64,000 bases of DNA from Myxococcota bacterium (GCA_044344255.1 JBIJDH010000010.1:128001-192000), one strand, 5' to 3'; positions 23,770 through 33,792 are shown, counted from the stretch's first letter. Made by a program: numbers and translations. Notes: a model not told the origin generated them from the letters alone.

Positions 23770-24905
23770 GGCGTCGCCTCCGGGGTCTCTTCGCCGCGGA
23801 GCCAGCGCTGGTACGCGAGCGGGTCGATCACCACGCCGGCCTCGGTCCGAACATCAATCTCGGAGAAGGTCAGGGTGTCGATCACGATCGGTCGCACCAT
23901 GAACGAGAGCGCGAAGGCGACCACACAGACGGCGAAGGACAGGCGGGCCCTCGAGCTCACAGCGCCCCCCTCCGTCATCGGTATGCCTCGAGTCGCCCCG
24001 AATTGCCAAAGAAGAAAGCCCCACACCGCCCATCCCGTCCACAGCACCCCTCCCGCGATCACCACCACCGTCCCGATCTTCGAGACTGTGGGCGCGATGC
24101 GGGGCCAGAGGGCGTTGAGGATGTGGCCCCCGTCAAGCTGCCCGATGGGGATGAGGTTCATTCCCGTGAGGAAGCAGCCGGCCCACCCCGCCATCGCCAG
24201 CGGGCTCAGCTGGGCGTATCGACCGGGGGCGTGGCCGAGCATGAGCTCGCCGATGAGGTCCATCAGCAGAGGGTTCGCGAGGATGGTGAGCTGAATGGAC
24301 TCGGTGGGATCGGACGCCCCGAGCAGGCGGAGCAAAGGATCCCACAGCGAGGGCTCCGCCGCAGCCATCGGCGGGAGGGCCGGGAGAGGCCAGGCCTCCA
24401 GCACCAGCTCTGGCCGGGCGTGCTCCACCGTACCGCTGAGGCCGAGGGCCATCACCGCGATCGCCACCACGAAGCCGGCGATCGGGCCCGCGGCGCCCAT
24501 CTCCAAGAGGCCGTTCCGATCGCGGGGCAGCGACCGCAGCCGGATCACCGCGCCCAGCGTACCGAGCGCCATGGGGAATGGGATGAAGTACGGGAGGGAG
24601 CGCTCAATCTGGTGTCGGCGCGCCACGACGTAATGACCCATCTCGTGGGCGAGCAGGATCGACATCAAGCCCGCCGCGTAGAGGGCGCAATCTCGCGCCG
24701 CAGCGGCGTCCGACCAGGGCATCCGGCCGAGCCACTGCCAGCCGTAGGACAGGAACACCGTCCCCGCGGTCGCCAGGAACAGGCCCAAGGCGATGCCCCG
24801 CTCTCGCCACGTGGTGCCCTCTTGGGGCGCGGTCTCCTGCACCTTCTCGTCTCCCGCTCCGCCCGTACACCCGTCCTGCACCTTCGCCCGGACCCCCGAG
24901 GGCAC
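23766..24905 (-). CDS. Site-2 protease (peptidase M50); start may lie further downstream
   Basis: HEMGH, AGPIAG, NLIPIGQLDGGH, several TM helices. Confidence 0.9.
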   Translation of the reverse strand: MPSGVRAKVQDGCTGGAGDEKVQETAPQEGTTWRERGIALGLFLATAGTVFLSYGWQWLGRMPWSDAAAARDCALYAAGLMSILLAHEMGHYVVARRHQIERSLPYFIPFPMALGTLGAVIRLRSLPRDRNGLLEMGAAGPIAGFVVAIAVMALGLSGTVEHARPELVLEAWPLPALPPMAAAEPSLWDPLLRLLGASDPTESIQLTILANPLLMDLIGELMLGHAPGRYAQLSPLAMAGWAGCFLTGMNLIPIGQLDGGHILNALWPRIAPTVSKIGTVVVIAGGVLWTGWAVWGFLLWQFGATRGIPMTEGGAVSSRARLSFAVCVVAFALSFMVRPIVIDTLTFSEIDVRTEAGVVIDPLAYQRWLRGEETPEATP

Positions 24906-24926
24906 CGGGCTTCAACCCGCCGCGGC

Positions 24927-27743
24927 TCAGTTTCGAATCTTCGCCGTGAGCTCGTAGGTGCCGAGGTCTTCTCCGCCGCCCACGATCAGCAGGTAACGCT
25001 GGCCGCCCTGCAGGTTCTTGTCGATGTAGGCCTCTTCGCCTGAAGCGGAGGTGCGTCCACCGAGGTTGTGCGCCCGGTCGTAGTAGGACTCCTCGTCGTC
25101 ATCGCGCTCGTCGTTGTCAAAGACGTTCGAGCCCGCCAACACGAAGGCGCTCAAGTCGCCGCCGGCCAAGGTGCACTGCTCCACCTGCACCTGCTGAAGG
25201 AAGGTGCCGGGTTGAGGCTCGTCTTCATCGAGGACACCATCGCTGTCCCAGTCGGTGGAGCAGTCGGTGGGCTCATCGGAGGCGATGCCACAGGGGTCGA
25301 AGCTGGCGGTCGGGTCGGCGCCGGTGTCTGCCTCGGCTTCCGTGGTGGCGCTGTCGAGAGGCGTGGGCGAGAGGAACACCTGATAGTAGAGATGTTCGAG
25401 GATCGACGAAGGATAAGCGAAGTCATCCCCCCCGCCGCTGCAGGTCGCCCTACGCGTGTCGGAGACGGTCGGCGTGGGGACCCAGGCCTCCGGCACCAGC
25501 GCGAGCCAGGGGTCTTCCAGGCCGACCTCGCCGTCCAGGCCGTCGTAGTGGCGATCGAGGTGGACCGAGACCCGCACCGAGTCCGAGAGGGAGTAGGCGC
25601 TGAGGTCGATCAGCCAGCGGTCGGTGTCGTAGACCTTGCCCACGGTGTCGTCCACATCCTCACCCGCGGTGACGATCGTGGTGCTCGCCGGGGACTTGAT
25701 CTCTCCGATGCCAAAGACGGCGGAGCCGTCAGCCGGCAGCTCGGGCAGGGCCGTGGACTCCGCGGCCGCCGAGGAGAAGCTGGCCTCCTTCACCCAGTCG
25801 ACCGTCGTCGGGTCACTCCACCGAACCACGGCGACCTTGTAGCCGAAGTTCGAGGCCTGCACCTCGAGGGCGCCCACGTCGTAGGGGATGCCCGTCAGCC
25901 GCACCACCTGTGCCCCGTAGCCGCCAGCGACCGCCCCGAAGAAGGGGAAGCCCGCGACCATGGTGAGGGGATCGGTGTGCTGCAAGAGGACGCGGTTCGC
26001 CTCGAGCTCGGAGGGCTCGCTGGTGGTGCCGCCCTGCATGTAGTAGTTGTAGCCACCCACATCGACGCCGGTCTGGTACCCATTGGCGCCGTAGAGGTCT
26101 CCGGGGCTCGGCGCGCTCGTGGGCGCGGTGATGAAGGTGGAGTCCCCGTAAGGGGGGTAGAGGTCGGTGGCGACGAGGGGGTCCCCATCGGTGTTGGTGA
26201 TCCCCGTGGTCAGCAGCGCGATCTGCCAGTTCAGGACCGCGGAGTCGAAGTCCATGTCGGGGTTGAAGGCCTTGAGGCCGGCCGCGACGTTGTCCTTGCC
26301 CGTGTTCCCCGAGGGCGCGAGGTAGCTCTGCACGATCTCGAGGCCGTAGACGTCGGCAAGGTAGCGGACGAAGAGGTACTGGGCGCCCCAGGACTTGGTG
26401 TTGATGTCGTCCACCTCCTCCTCGTCGACGAGGGTGACGAGGTGGGAGGCGTCCATGTAGTCCCAGACGTCGTCGTAGTAGGCGGCGCCGAAGCCGCAGA
26501 GGTCAGCGGCGAGCGCGCCGAGGCCCTCGCGGAGCCACACCGACTCGTCCTCCTCACCCTCCCAATACAGCACGTGGATGTTGTAGGAGATCAAGCGCTG
26601 GAAGGAGCGGGCGATCTGCGCCGAGAGCTCCATGCTGGCGTACTCATCGACCGTGGCGGTGCCGAGGCCGTTGTAGAAGCCGTAGGGATCGGGCGCGAAG
26701 ACGTAGATGACCTCTTGCTCGTCGCTGCCGGGGTTCTCCTCGGCGTCGTACTCGGTGAGGTCCACTGCAGGCTCGACGTAGGACTTCACGATCAGACCGC
26801 GGTCGTCTTCATCTTCGGCGGAGAGCGCCATCGCGTTCAGCACGGGGGTGATGACCACGCTCACCCGCCCGTCGGCGTTGATGTCAGACTCGTAGACCGG
26901 ATCCTCGGAGTCCTGGATGCCGAAGTAGGTGCGCACGTTGGGGACGATGTTGGTGTCGACCACCTCGGCGACGGTAGCCAGGTCACAGTTGTCAAAGCCG
27001 TAGGCATCCTGGACAGCCGGCACGTCGATGATGCCGTCGCACTCGTAGTCCCAGTCGATCGGCACATCCACGTCCACCCAGATCGCCACGGAGTCGCCGA
27101 GCCCCCAGAGCTGCGCGAAGACGCGGTCGTACTGGGAGTCGTCGGTGAGCGAGTTGCGGACGCGGAACTCCGTGCGGGCCGAGCCGATGTCACTCTCGGA
27201 GAGCGTGGGCGGCGGCGGCGGCCCAGCAGGGCGGGCGAGCTCGTGGCTCCGGACCCGATCTTCGAGCATCAGCCGCGACTCGCTCCGCTCTCCCTTCGGC
27301 TTGGAGACCGCGGGGCGCGGCCGCCCGGCGGCGAAGGGGGGCGCGGCGCCCGTGTCCTCCGGGAGAGAGGAGCCTCGATAGTAGAGCTCGTACCCGAGGG
27401 ACTCCTCCCCCGTGTTCACCATGATGTAGTAGAACTCCTGGCCTTGGTTGGAGTCGCCGCTGGAGTCGCCGAGCTCGACGGTGACGAGGCCCTCTTCGTC
27501 GGCGGTGGTGGCGATATCACCCGGCTCATCGAAGTAGCCGACCGCCCCGCCGCCGGTGTCGCCGGGGGCGACGCCGGTGTCATCGGTGGGATCGGAGGTG
27601 TCGTCGCCGCTGCCGTCTCCGCCGCCGCCGCCCCCGTTCCCGATGCCGAACTTCGGATCGCCCTCGCCGTTCCCGCAGCCCGCGGCGAGCGTGAGGAGCA
27701 CCAACTGGAGCGCCAGATGCGGGTTCAGCAGCGGTCGGGTCAT
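24927..27743 (-). CDS. Large acidic lipoprotein with an M30-like metalloprotease domain lacking HEXXH
   Basis: Lipobox LAAGC; SDINADGRVSVVITPVLN, IARSFQRLISYN, WLREGLG, QYLFVRYLAD. Confidence 0.65.
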   Translation of the reverse strand: MTRPLLNPHLALQLVLLTLAAGCGNGEGDPKFGIGNGGGGGGDGSGDDTSDPTDDTGVAPGDTGGGAVGYFDEPGDIATTADEEGLVTVELGDSSGDSNQGQEFYYIMVNTGEESLGYELYYRGSSLPEDTGAAPPFAAGRPRPAVSKPKGERSESRLMLEDRVRSHELARPAGPPPPPTLSESDIGSARTEFRVRNSLTDDSQYDRVFAQLWGLGDSVAIWVDVDVPIDWDYECDGIIDVPAVQDAYGFDNCDLATVAEVVDTNIVPNVRTYFGIQDSEDPVYESDINADGRVSVVITPVLNAMALSAEDEDDRGLIVKSYVEPAVDLTEYDAEENPGSDEQEVIYVFAPDPYGFYNGLGTATVDEYASMELSAQIARSFQRLISYNIHVLYWEGEEDESVWLREGLGALAADLCGFGAAYYDDVWDYMDASHLVTLVDEEEVDDINTKSWGAQYLFVRYLADVYGLEIVQSYLAPSGNTGKDNVAAGLKAFNPDMDFDSAVLNWQIALLTTGITNTDGDPLVATDLYPPYGDSTFITAPTSAPSPGDLYGANGYQTGVDVGGYNYYMQGGTTSEPSELEANRVLLQHTDPLTMVAGFPFFGAVAGGYGAQVVRLTGIPYDVGALEVQASNFGYKVAVVRWSDPTTVDWVKEASFSSAAAESTALPELPADGSAVFGIGEIKSPASTTIVTAGEDVDDTVGKVYDTDRWLIDLSAYSLSDSVRVSVHLDRHYDGLDGEVGLEDPWLALVPEAWVPTPTVSDTRRATCSGGGDDFAYPSSILEHLYYQVFLSPTPLDSATTEAEADTGADPTASFDPCGIASDEPTDCSTDWDSDGVLDEDEPQPGTFLQQVQVEQCTLAGGDLSAFVLAGSNVFDNDERDDDEESYYDRAHNLGGRTSASGEEAYIDKNLQGGQRYLLIVGGGEDLGTYELTAKIRN

Positions 27744-27986
27744 GATCTCTCCTGGCACGGGCGCGTCTCGAGCCCCACCAAGCGACCCGCCTCGCGGTCG
27801 ATCGGATCAGGGCAGAGCACAGGTATACCAACGCAGCGTACACCATCGCGGAGACCGTCGCCCGGCGGGTGGGCACCCTCCACCCGGCGAAAGGAGGCTG
27901 GCCGATCCCTCTCCGTGGCGCGTCCCCGCCCAGGGCTCGGCGCGTTCCCCGATCGGAAGCTGCCGATCACCGCGCCGGCACCCAAG

Positions 27987-28002
27987 TGTTCGACGTGGAA
28001 CA
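27987..28002. promoter_or_regulatory. parS-like site
   Basis: Intergenic TGTTCGACGTGGAACA, one mismatch from the palindrome TGTTCCACGTGGAACA. Confidence 0.65.
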
Positions 28003-28022
28003 TCCTCCTCGGGCGGACCCGA

Positions 28023-29996
28023 TCAGGGGGTGGCGCAGGCGGCGGCGCAGTCCACCGCCAGGCCCTGTGCGGCCTGAAGCTCGCAAGCCTCACAGGCCGA
28101 TCCTTCGGGACCGCCGGGATCGAGGGCGGAGCGGGAGCGCTGGAGCTCGAGGCGCAGCAGGCCGGAGAGCTCGGCCTGCTCTTCGCTCTTCCGACCGGTG
28201 AGGTCGCGACGCTCGAGGGGATCGAGACTGCGGTCGTAGAGCTCCACGGCGCGCAGCCCCCGGGGGTTAGCCTCGCCGGCTTGGATGTAGGTCCAGCCGA
28301 GGCGCCGGATGGAGGCCAGGGCCTGCCCCTCGGCGCCCTGCTCGGCCACCGCGGTGCGGGAGAGGAGGTCGAGATCGAGGGTCGTGGAGAGCTCTCCACG
28401 TGAGGCCGCGTTCCAGGCCTCGATCGCCTGGAGCTGCTCCTCGCTCAAGAGTGACTCTCCCTGCCAGGAGGGGGGCGCGGGCGCACCGGCGACGCCCACG
28501 AGGGTGGGGGCGAGGTCGATCAAGCGCACCGACCAGGGGACGCCGACGCCGCCAAAGCGCTGGCCGGGCAGCTTCAAGAGCAGGGGGACGTGGACCTGCT
28601 CGTCGTAGAGCGTGTCTCCGTGCCCCCAGCCGCCGTGATCGCCGAGCTCTTCGCCGTGATCGGCGGTGAGGACGAGCAGCGTGTCTTCATAGGCGCCCTC
28701 CGCCTGGAGCCATCCGACGAAGGCGCCGACCTCGCGATCCACGACGCGGACCTCGGCGGCGTAACGGGCGCGCCCCGCCGCCGCGGCGTCGGAGTCTGGG
28801 AGCGGCGCCCAGGCCGGCGGCGCCGACGGCCCGGCCCCCTCGGCCCCCTCAGCCCCCAGGTTGGGCGCGTGGGGCTCCATCAGGTGGACCACCAGCAGGT
28901 AGCGGTTCCCCGCCGCGCGGTTCGCGCTCACATAGCCCCGGGCCCGTTCGAGCACGACGTCAGCCGGCTGATAGTGCTCGTTCACCCGACCTTCATCGTC
29001 TCCGATCCACCGTCGGAACGGGCCTGACCAGCGGGCGTAGAGGCTGAGCTGCGCCGCGCTCTCGGTGGCCCAGAGCGGGTAATCCGGGTTCTGAAAAGAG
29101 AAGTAGTCGAAGCCCTGCTGGAGGTTGAAGGCGCGCGTGAGATCGGCGTGGTTGGGCAGACCCCCGGTGGCGTAGCCGGCCTCCCGGAGGACCTCCGCCA
29201 GGGTGTCGACGCTGTCGGGGAGCCCCGCCTCGGTGGACATGCAGCCGTGCCCCGAGGGCAGGAGGCTCGTGAACAGCGAGGCGAAGGCAGCGCGGGTCGA
29301 GGTCGCCGGGCTGTACGCGGCCTCGAAGCGCAGCGCGTCCTGGGCGAGGCGGTCGATGTTCGGGCTCAGGCTGCCGTCGGGCCCACCCTGCCCCACATGA
29401 TCGGCCCGCAGCGAGTCGACCACGATGAGCACCACGTCGGGGCCCTGAAGCTCTGCACGCGGCCGGTCGGGAACCATCACCCCGTCCCCCGGGCCCTCCT
29501 TGGGCGCGAAGGAGAAGAGCGCGGCGAGCCCCACCATGGAGGCCCAGGCCGCGGCGGTGCCCTTTGGCCGCAGCATCACCTTGAGCGGCGTCCGGGTGAG
29601 GAAGATCGGACCGAGCCAGAGCCCGAGGAGGGAGAGGGCGGCGAAGACCCCAATCATCACGAGGTGACCGCCGAGCGGTACACCGCCGCCGAGGTAGACG
29701 AGGCGGTCGGCCACCCGGTCGGTCACCCAGAGGCCCAGCATCAGGGCCACCCCGAGGGCGCTGAGGGTCCACGCGAGGGCGTCGGGGAGGGTTCGCCAGA
29801 CGAGGCCGATCAGCGCGAGGCCGAAGCCCAAGCAGGCGCCGAGCGCGGCCCCGAACCCGCCGTAGAGCACAGCCCCATAGAGGAGAGCTTGGTACTCGCC
29901 GGTGTTGGCGGCGGTGAGCACGAAGAGCGCCTCACCGAGCCCCACGAAGGAGCCCGCGATCAGGCCCCCGGCGAGGCCGAACCAGGGCCGCGTCAA
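28023..29996 (-). CDS. Sulfatase-like hydrolase/transferase with about 5 N-terminal TM helices
   Basis: VVDSLRADH, PATSTRAAFASLFTS, HLMEPH, ADHGE..GHG. Confidence 0.85.
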   Translation of the reverse strand: MTRPWFGLAGGLIAGSFVGLGEALFVLTAANTGEYQALLYGAVLYGGFGAALGACLGFGLALIGLVWRTLPDALAWTLSALGVALMLGLWVTDRVADRLVYLGGGVPLGGHLVMIGVFAALSLLGLWLGPIFLTRTPLKVMLRPKGTAAAWASMVGLAALFSFAPKEGPGDGVMVPDRPRAELQGPDVVLIVVDSLRADHVGQGGPDGSLSPNIDRLAQDALRFEAAYSPATSTRAAFASLFTSLLPSGHGCMSTEAGLPDSVDTLAEVLREAGYATGGLPNHADLTRAFNLQQGFDYFSFQNPDYPLWATESAAQLSLYARWSGPFRRWIGDDEGRVNEHYQPADVVLERARGYVSANRAAGNRYLLVVHLMEPHAPNLGAEGAEGAGPSAPPAWAPLPDSDAAAAGRARYAAEVRVVDREVGAFVGWLQAEGAYEDTLLVLTADHGEELGDHGGWGHGDTLYDEQVHVPLLLKLPGQRFGGVGVPWSVRLIDLAPTLVGVAGAPAPPSWQGESLLSEEQLQAIEAWNAASRGELSTTLDLDLLSRTAVAEQGAEGQALASIRRLGWTYIQAGEANPRGLRAVELYDRSLDPLERRDLTGRKSEEQAELSGLLRLELQRSRSALDPGGPEGSACEACELQAAQGLAVDCAAACATP

Positions 29997-30883
29997 CGTG
30001 CGCCGTAGACGAGCTGATCGAACATCGCCAACGACTCACCACCCGTGAAGTCGATGACCGCCCCATTGAACCAGCGGCCGTGCGGGCCCGCCAGGAAGCC
30101 CACGAGCTCGGCCACCTCCTCGATGGTGCAGAGGCGGCGGGCCGGCGTCATCGACCGCACCACCGCATCGAGGCGGTCGACCGCCTCGCCCGGGAAGGTG
30201 CGACGAACCGCCTCGGTGACGACCAGCCCGAACTTGACGAGGTTGACTCGATGCCCGAGGGGTCCGAGCTCGACGGCGAGGTGCCGGACGTAACACTCGA
30301 GGGCGGCCTTGCTGGCCGAGACGAGCGCGGCGTTGCGCACCACCGCCTCGGTCATCGGGTTGGTGAGGCCGATCAGGCGTGCACCGGGGGCGAGGAGGTC
30401 GAGCCGCACGAGCTCCGCCGCCCAGTAGACGAAGGAGTGCGCCATCCGGTCGAAGGTCTTCTCGAACTGTCGCGGGTGCAGGGGCGCCGCGCCGACCGCG
30501 AGGGGGCCCACCGCCGCGCTCGCGATGGAGTGCACGAAGAGGCCGACCGACCGCGGGCCAGCGAGCTCGAGGAGGCGCTGGGCCCCGAGCGCCGCGGCCT
30601 CCGCGCTGCCGGCGTCGGCCTCCCACAGGGCGACCTCACGTCCGCCGCCGCGAAGGTCCGCCACCAGGCCCGCGGCGAGCTCGGGCCAGGAGCCCCGATG
30701 GACGCCAAAGACGTTGAAGCCATGACGCAAGGCCACGACGCGGGCGATCCCCGCGCCCGTCCCCGAAGACGCGCCGAGGATGACCGCCCAGGGCGCGCCC
30801 ACTGCAGGCGCCTCGGCCGCCGCTGCAGGCGCCTCGGCCGAAGGGGTCGAGGGGGTCGAGGGGGTCGAGGGGGTGAGAGTCAT
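29993..30883 (-). CDS. SDR oxidoreductase, enoyl-ACP reductase (FabL/FabI)-like
   Basis: ILGASSGTG, VHSIA, SKAALECYVRHLAVELG..RVN. Confidence 0.75.
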   Translation of the reverse strand: MTLTPSTPSTPSTPSAEAPAAAAEAPAVGAPWAVILGASSGTGAGIARVVALRHGFNVFGVHRGSWPELAAGLVADLRGGGREVALWEADAGSAEAAALGAQRLLELAGPRSVGLFVHSIASAAVGPLAVGAAPLHPRQFEKTFDRMAHSFVYWAAELVRLDLLAPGARLIGLTNPMTEAVVRNAALVSASKAALECYVRHLAVELGPLGHRVNLVKFGLVVTEAVRRTFPGEAVDRLDAVVRSMTPARRLCTIEEVAELVGFLAGPHGRWFNGAVIDFTGGESLAMFDQLVYGAR

Positions 30884-30897
30884 GGATTCGGGCGCGC

Positions 30898-31647
30898 TTA
30901 TCTGCCCCTTCGCAGAGAGTCCAGCAGCGACTGTACCCGCCCGACGACGAGGGCGTGGGCCCTCTGGAGGCCCTCTCGATCGGCGGGATCCGAGACCGGC
31001 AGGTCGGCGAGGCGGATCGGCGCGCCGATGCGACAGCGCACCCGCACCGGGAGGGGCAGCGCCAGCGGCCAGAGCCCGGTGAGCCCGAGGCCGAACCACA
31101 CCGGGACACCCTCCTTCACGCCGAGGCGCTTCCCGAGCCTGTATCCGTCATTGAGGCCGATGAAGGCGTCGTCGGCGCCGTCGGAGGCGACCGGGAAGAT
31201 GTCCAGGCCGTAGCGGAGCGCGAGGCGAATATATCCGGTTCTACGCCCCCAGTTCACCTCGTAGCGGTGCCGGTGGCTGCGACAGCCCTCCGCCGTTCCG
31301 CCCGGTGTCACGATCACATGCTCCCTCCGCGCCAGGAGCGCCGCCAGCGCAGGGCCATCCCCCGAGACAAAGCCGAGGTCGCTCATGACCCGCCGGCTGC
31401 GCGCGTCGCCCTCGAAGGCCGCGTGAACGATGGGGTGCGGCAGATAGCCGAGCCGCTCCGCCAGCACGTTCTGCATCATGCAGAGGTCGTGGGCGATGGG
31501 GCGGCCATGGTAGCCGACCAGCAGCACCGCCCGATCCCGAGGCAGCGCTTCGTCCCCCTCGAGGGTGAAGCGGTGCCAGCGCCGCATGAGCTCCCACCAG
31601 CCGAGCCAGGCCCGCGCCTCTGGGCAGACGCCCTCGGGGATCTTCAC
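30898..31647 (-). CDS. Lysophospholipid/diacylglycerol acyltransferase family protein
   Basis: LLVGYHG..HD, VTPGGTAE, GYIRLAL..IFPV, IGAPI. Confidence 0.8.
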   Translation of the reverse strand: MKIPEGVCPEARAWLGWWELMRRWHRFTLEGDEALPRDRAVLLVGYHGRPIAHDLCMMQNVLAERLGYLPHPIVHAAFEGDARSRRVMSDLGFVSGDGPALAALLARREHVIVTPGGTAEGCRSHRHRYEVNWGRRTGYIRLALRYGLDIFPVASDGADDAFIGLNDGYRLGKRLGVKEGVPVWFGLGLTGLWPLALPLPVRVRCRIGAPIRLADLPVSDPADREGLQRAHALVVGRVQSLLDSLRRGR

Positions 31648-32645
31648 GGGGAGCCCTCCCCCGCTGCGCCAGGCGCGGTCCGGTAGAGGACCGCCCCCCG
31701 CGAGGTGCCCGCTCCGACGGCGACGAAGAGCAGCCGCGCACCCGGCCCGACCGCGCCGCTGCGCCAGAGCTGATCGAGGGCGAGGGGCACGCTGGCCGCG
31801 CCCGTGCTGCCGACCCCATCCACCACCGCCGTGGCCCGCTCGGGCGAGAGCCCCACCGCCTCGCAGAAGGCCAGCAGCAGGGGCCCGTTCGGCTGATGCG
31901 GGAGGAAGAAGTCCACGTCGGAGGCCGTGAAGCCGGAGGCGCCAAACACCGCGGCCACCGAGCGCTGGACGTCTCCGATCGCGTACTCGGCGATGGTGCC
32001 CGCGGGCACGCCGAACTCGAGCAGCTCGCGCGCACCGCTGATGCCCTGCTGGCCGAGCGTGGCCGCGGCGTAGCGGCCGCCGTCGTTCCCGAAGTCCACC
32101 GCCAGCACCCCTTCCCCAGGGCGCCCCTCGCCGAGGATCACGGCGGCCGCTGCGTCTCCCATCACGAGGTAGGAGCGCGGCGAGGCCGGGCCGATGTGGC
32201 GGGAGAAGACCTCGGAGACCACGATCGCCACCGGCCCCTCCCCGGTGGCCACGAGGCGGGCGGCGAGGTCAAAGGCCGTGAGGAAGCCCGTGCAGGCGTT
32301 GTTGAGGTCAAAGGCGCCGACGGTGGGCGGGAGGCCGAGCCGTGCGGCGACGGCGTTGGCGGTCGCGGGGATCAGGCTGTCCCCGCCGGTCGAGGACACG
32401 AAGATCAGGCGCCGCAGCCCCGCCCCCTCGAGGCCGGCGGCGGCGAGGGCCCGCTCGAGGGCCTCCGCGCCGAGGGCGGCGGCAGCGTCGGGCGCGGGGG
32501 CGGCGCGGCGGCGCGAAGTGATGCCGATCCGCGCCAGCATCACCGCGGGATCGCGCCCTGGGGCGGCCTCGGCCAGGAGGACGGCCGTCTCCACCGCCTC
32601 ATCGGGGAGGGCGGCGCCCGTGCCCAGGATTCGACAGCCGATCAT
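31644..32645 (-). CDS. 3-oxoacyl-ACP synthase III (FabH-like), atypical triad
   Basis: DLNNACTGF, GDAAAA, HQPN, GSTGAAS, AVGAG. Confidence 0.85.
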   Translation of the reverse strand: MIGCRILGTGAALPDEAVETAVLLAEAAPGRDPAVMLARIGITSRRRAAPAPDAAAALGAEALERALAAAGLEGAGLRRLIFVSSTGGDSLIPATANAVAARLGLPPTVGAFDLNNACTGFLTAFDLAARLVATGEGPVAIVVSEVFSRHIGPASPRSYLVMGDAAAAVILGEGRPGEGVLAVDFGNDGGRYAAATLGQQGISGARELLEFGVPAGTIAEYAIGDVQRSVAAVFGASGFTASDVDFFLPHQPNGPLLLAFCEAVGLSPERATAVVDGVGSTGAASVPLALDQLWRSGAVGPGARLLFVAVGAGTSRGAVLYRTAPGAAGEGSP

Positions 32646-33379
32646 CAGAGGCGGGTCGCCAGCTCGACATAGACACGGCCCAGGGCCTGGCGCGCCGCGA
32701 GCGCGGCGGCGTCCCCCCGGTCCGAGAGCGGAGCCACGGGGGCCCGGGCGACCGAGAGGACCTCCCCCGAGCCCATGCGGATGACCCGCAGCTCGAGCTC
32801 GGGGAGCGGGTCAGACTGCACAGCGCGCAGCTCGAAGACCAGCTCGGCGGGGACGGTGCTCGGATCGGCCTTCCATTGAGCGACCGGCAGATCGATCACG
32901 CGCAGGCCGGCGGCGAGCAGGCTCTCCTGCAGCGCGTGGGAGGGCTCCTCCTTCCAGCCGGCGCCGGTGAGGCCCGGGAGCGGCGAGGCGCTCGTGACCG
33001 TGGTGGAGGCCACCTGTCCGGAGGCGAGGTTCACCGCCGTGATCGCCGTGCTCGACGACTGAAATGGCTGCTCGTCGGCGTTGAGCACGAGGATCGCGAC
33101 CCGGGGCGCCGCCCGCTCTCCGAGCCGCTGCCGTAGCGCCGCCTGGCCGACCTCGAGGGCCTGGTCGACCGGCTTGCGGAGGACGTGCGGATCTCGCTCG
33201 ACCCGCGCCGCGCCCTTCGCGGCCGACGCGGCCGGCGCCGGGGGGACGACCATCGGCCCCGCCCCTGCGGTCCAGGGGGCCGCGCAGCCGAGGAGCAGGG
33301 GGAGCAGCAGCGCGCTCCAGGGGGCTCGAGGCGCGGGGGCTCGGCGCGGGGGGGCTGCGCTCATGGTGTGTTCCCTCAC
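32645..33379 (-). CDS. Hypothetical lipoprotein
   Basis: Lipobox LLGC; overlapping start/stop codons on both sides. Confidence 0.6.
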   Translation of the reverse strand: MREHTMSAAPPRRAPAPRAPWSALLLPLLLGCAAPWTAGAGPMVVPPAPAASAAKGAARVERDPHVLRKPVDQALEVGQAALRQRLGERAAPRVAILVLNADEQPFQSSSTAITAVNLASGQVASTTVTSASPLPGLTGAGWKEEPSHALQESLLAAGLRVIDLPVAQWKADPSTVPAELVFELRAVQSDPLPELELRVIRMGSGEVLSVARAPVAPLSDRGDAAALAARQALGRVYVELATRL

Positions 33380-33792
33380 GGGGTCTTGATCTCGATGAAG
33401 AAGCTGGCGGCGTCGGCCTTCAGGCTCTCCACCGCGTAGGCCACGGTGCCATTGCCGGTGACGGTCTTCATCTCAAAGGGCGTCTCGTCGCCGCTCAGCC
33501 CGCCGTCGGCGCCACGGAAGCGGGTCCGCACCTGGAAGGCGAAGGGCTTCGCCGACAAGGAGGCGAGCTCGAGCTCCACCCGCAGCCGCCCGTCGGCGGT
33601 CCGAGAGACCGTCTGGCGCTGAACGCCCACGAGCTTCCAGGCGGCCTGATCGAGGGCGACGATGTTGCTGGTGGGCTCGATGCCGGGCCAGGTCTGGACC
33701 GGGACGGGCTCCCGGTAGGGGCAGCCCGCGAGCAGCAGGCCGAGGGCCACCCATCGGAGGGGGTTTGACCCGATTATGCGTGCTTGACTCAC
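33376..33792 (-). CDS. YcfL/DUF1425-like lipoprotein
   Basis: Lipobox LAGC; DGRLRVELEL..FQVRTRF..DG; GTGA coupling to lpoB. Confidence 0.7.
   Translation of the reverse strand: MSQARIIGSNPLRWVALGLLLAGCPYREPVPVQTWPGIEPTSNIVALDQAAWKLVGVQRQTVSRTADGRLRVELELASLSAKPFAFQVRTRFRGADGGLSGDETPFEMKTVTGNGTVAYAVESLKADAASFFIEIKTP

Noticed and set aside
30802..30875. Short repeats encoding STPSTPSTP and AEAPA, plus QDSQDSQD near 41140-41175
   Set aside because: In-frame low-complexity linkers in multiples of 3; no sign of phase variation.
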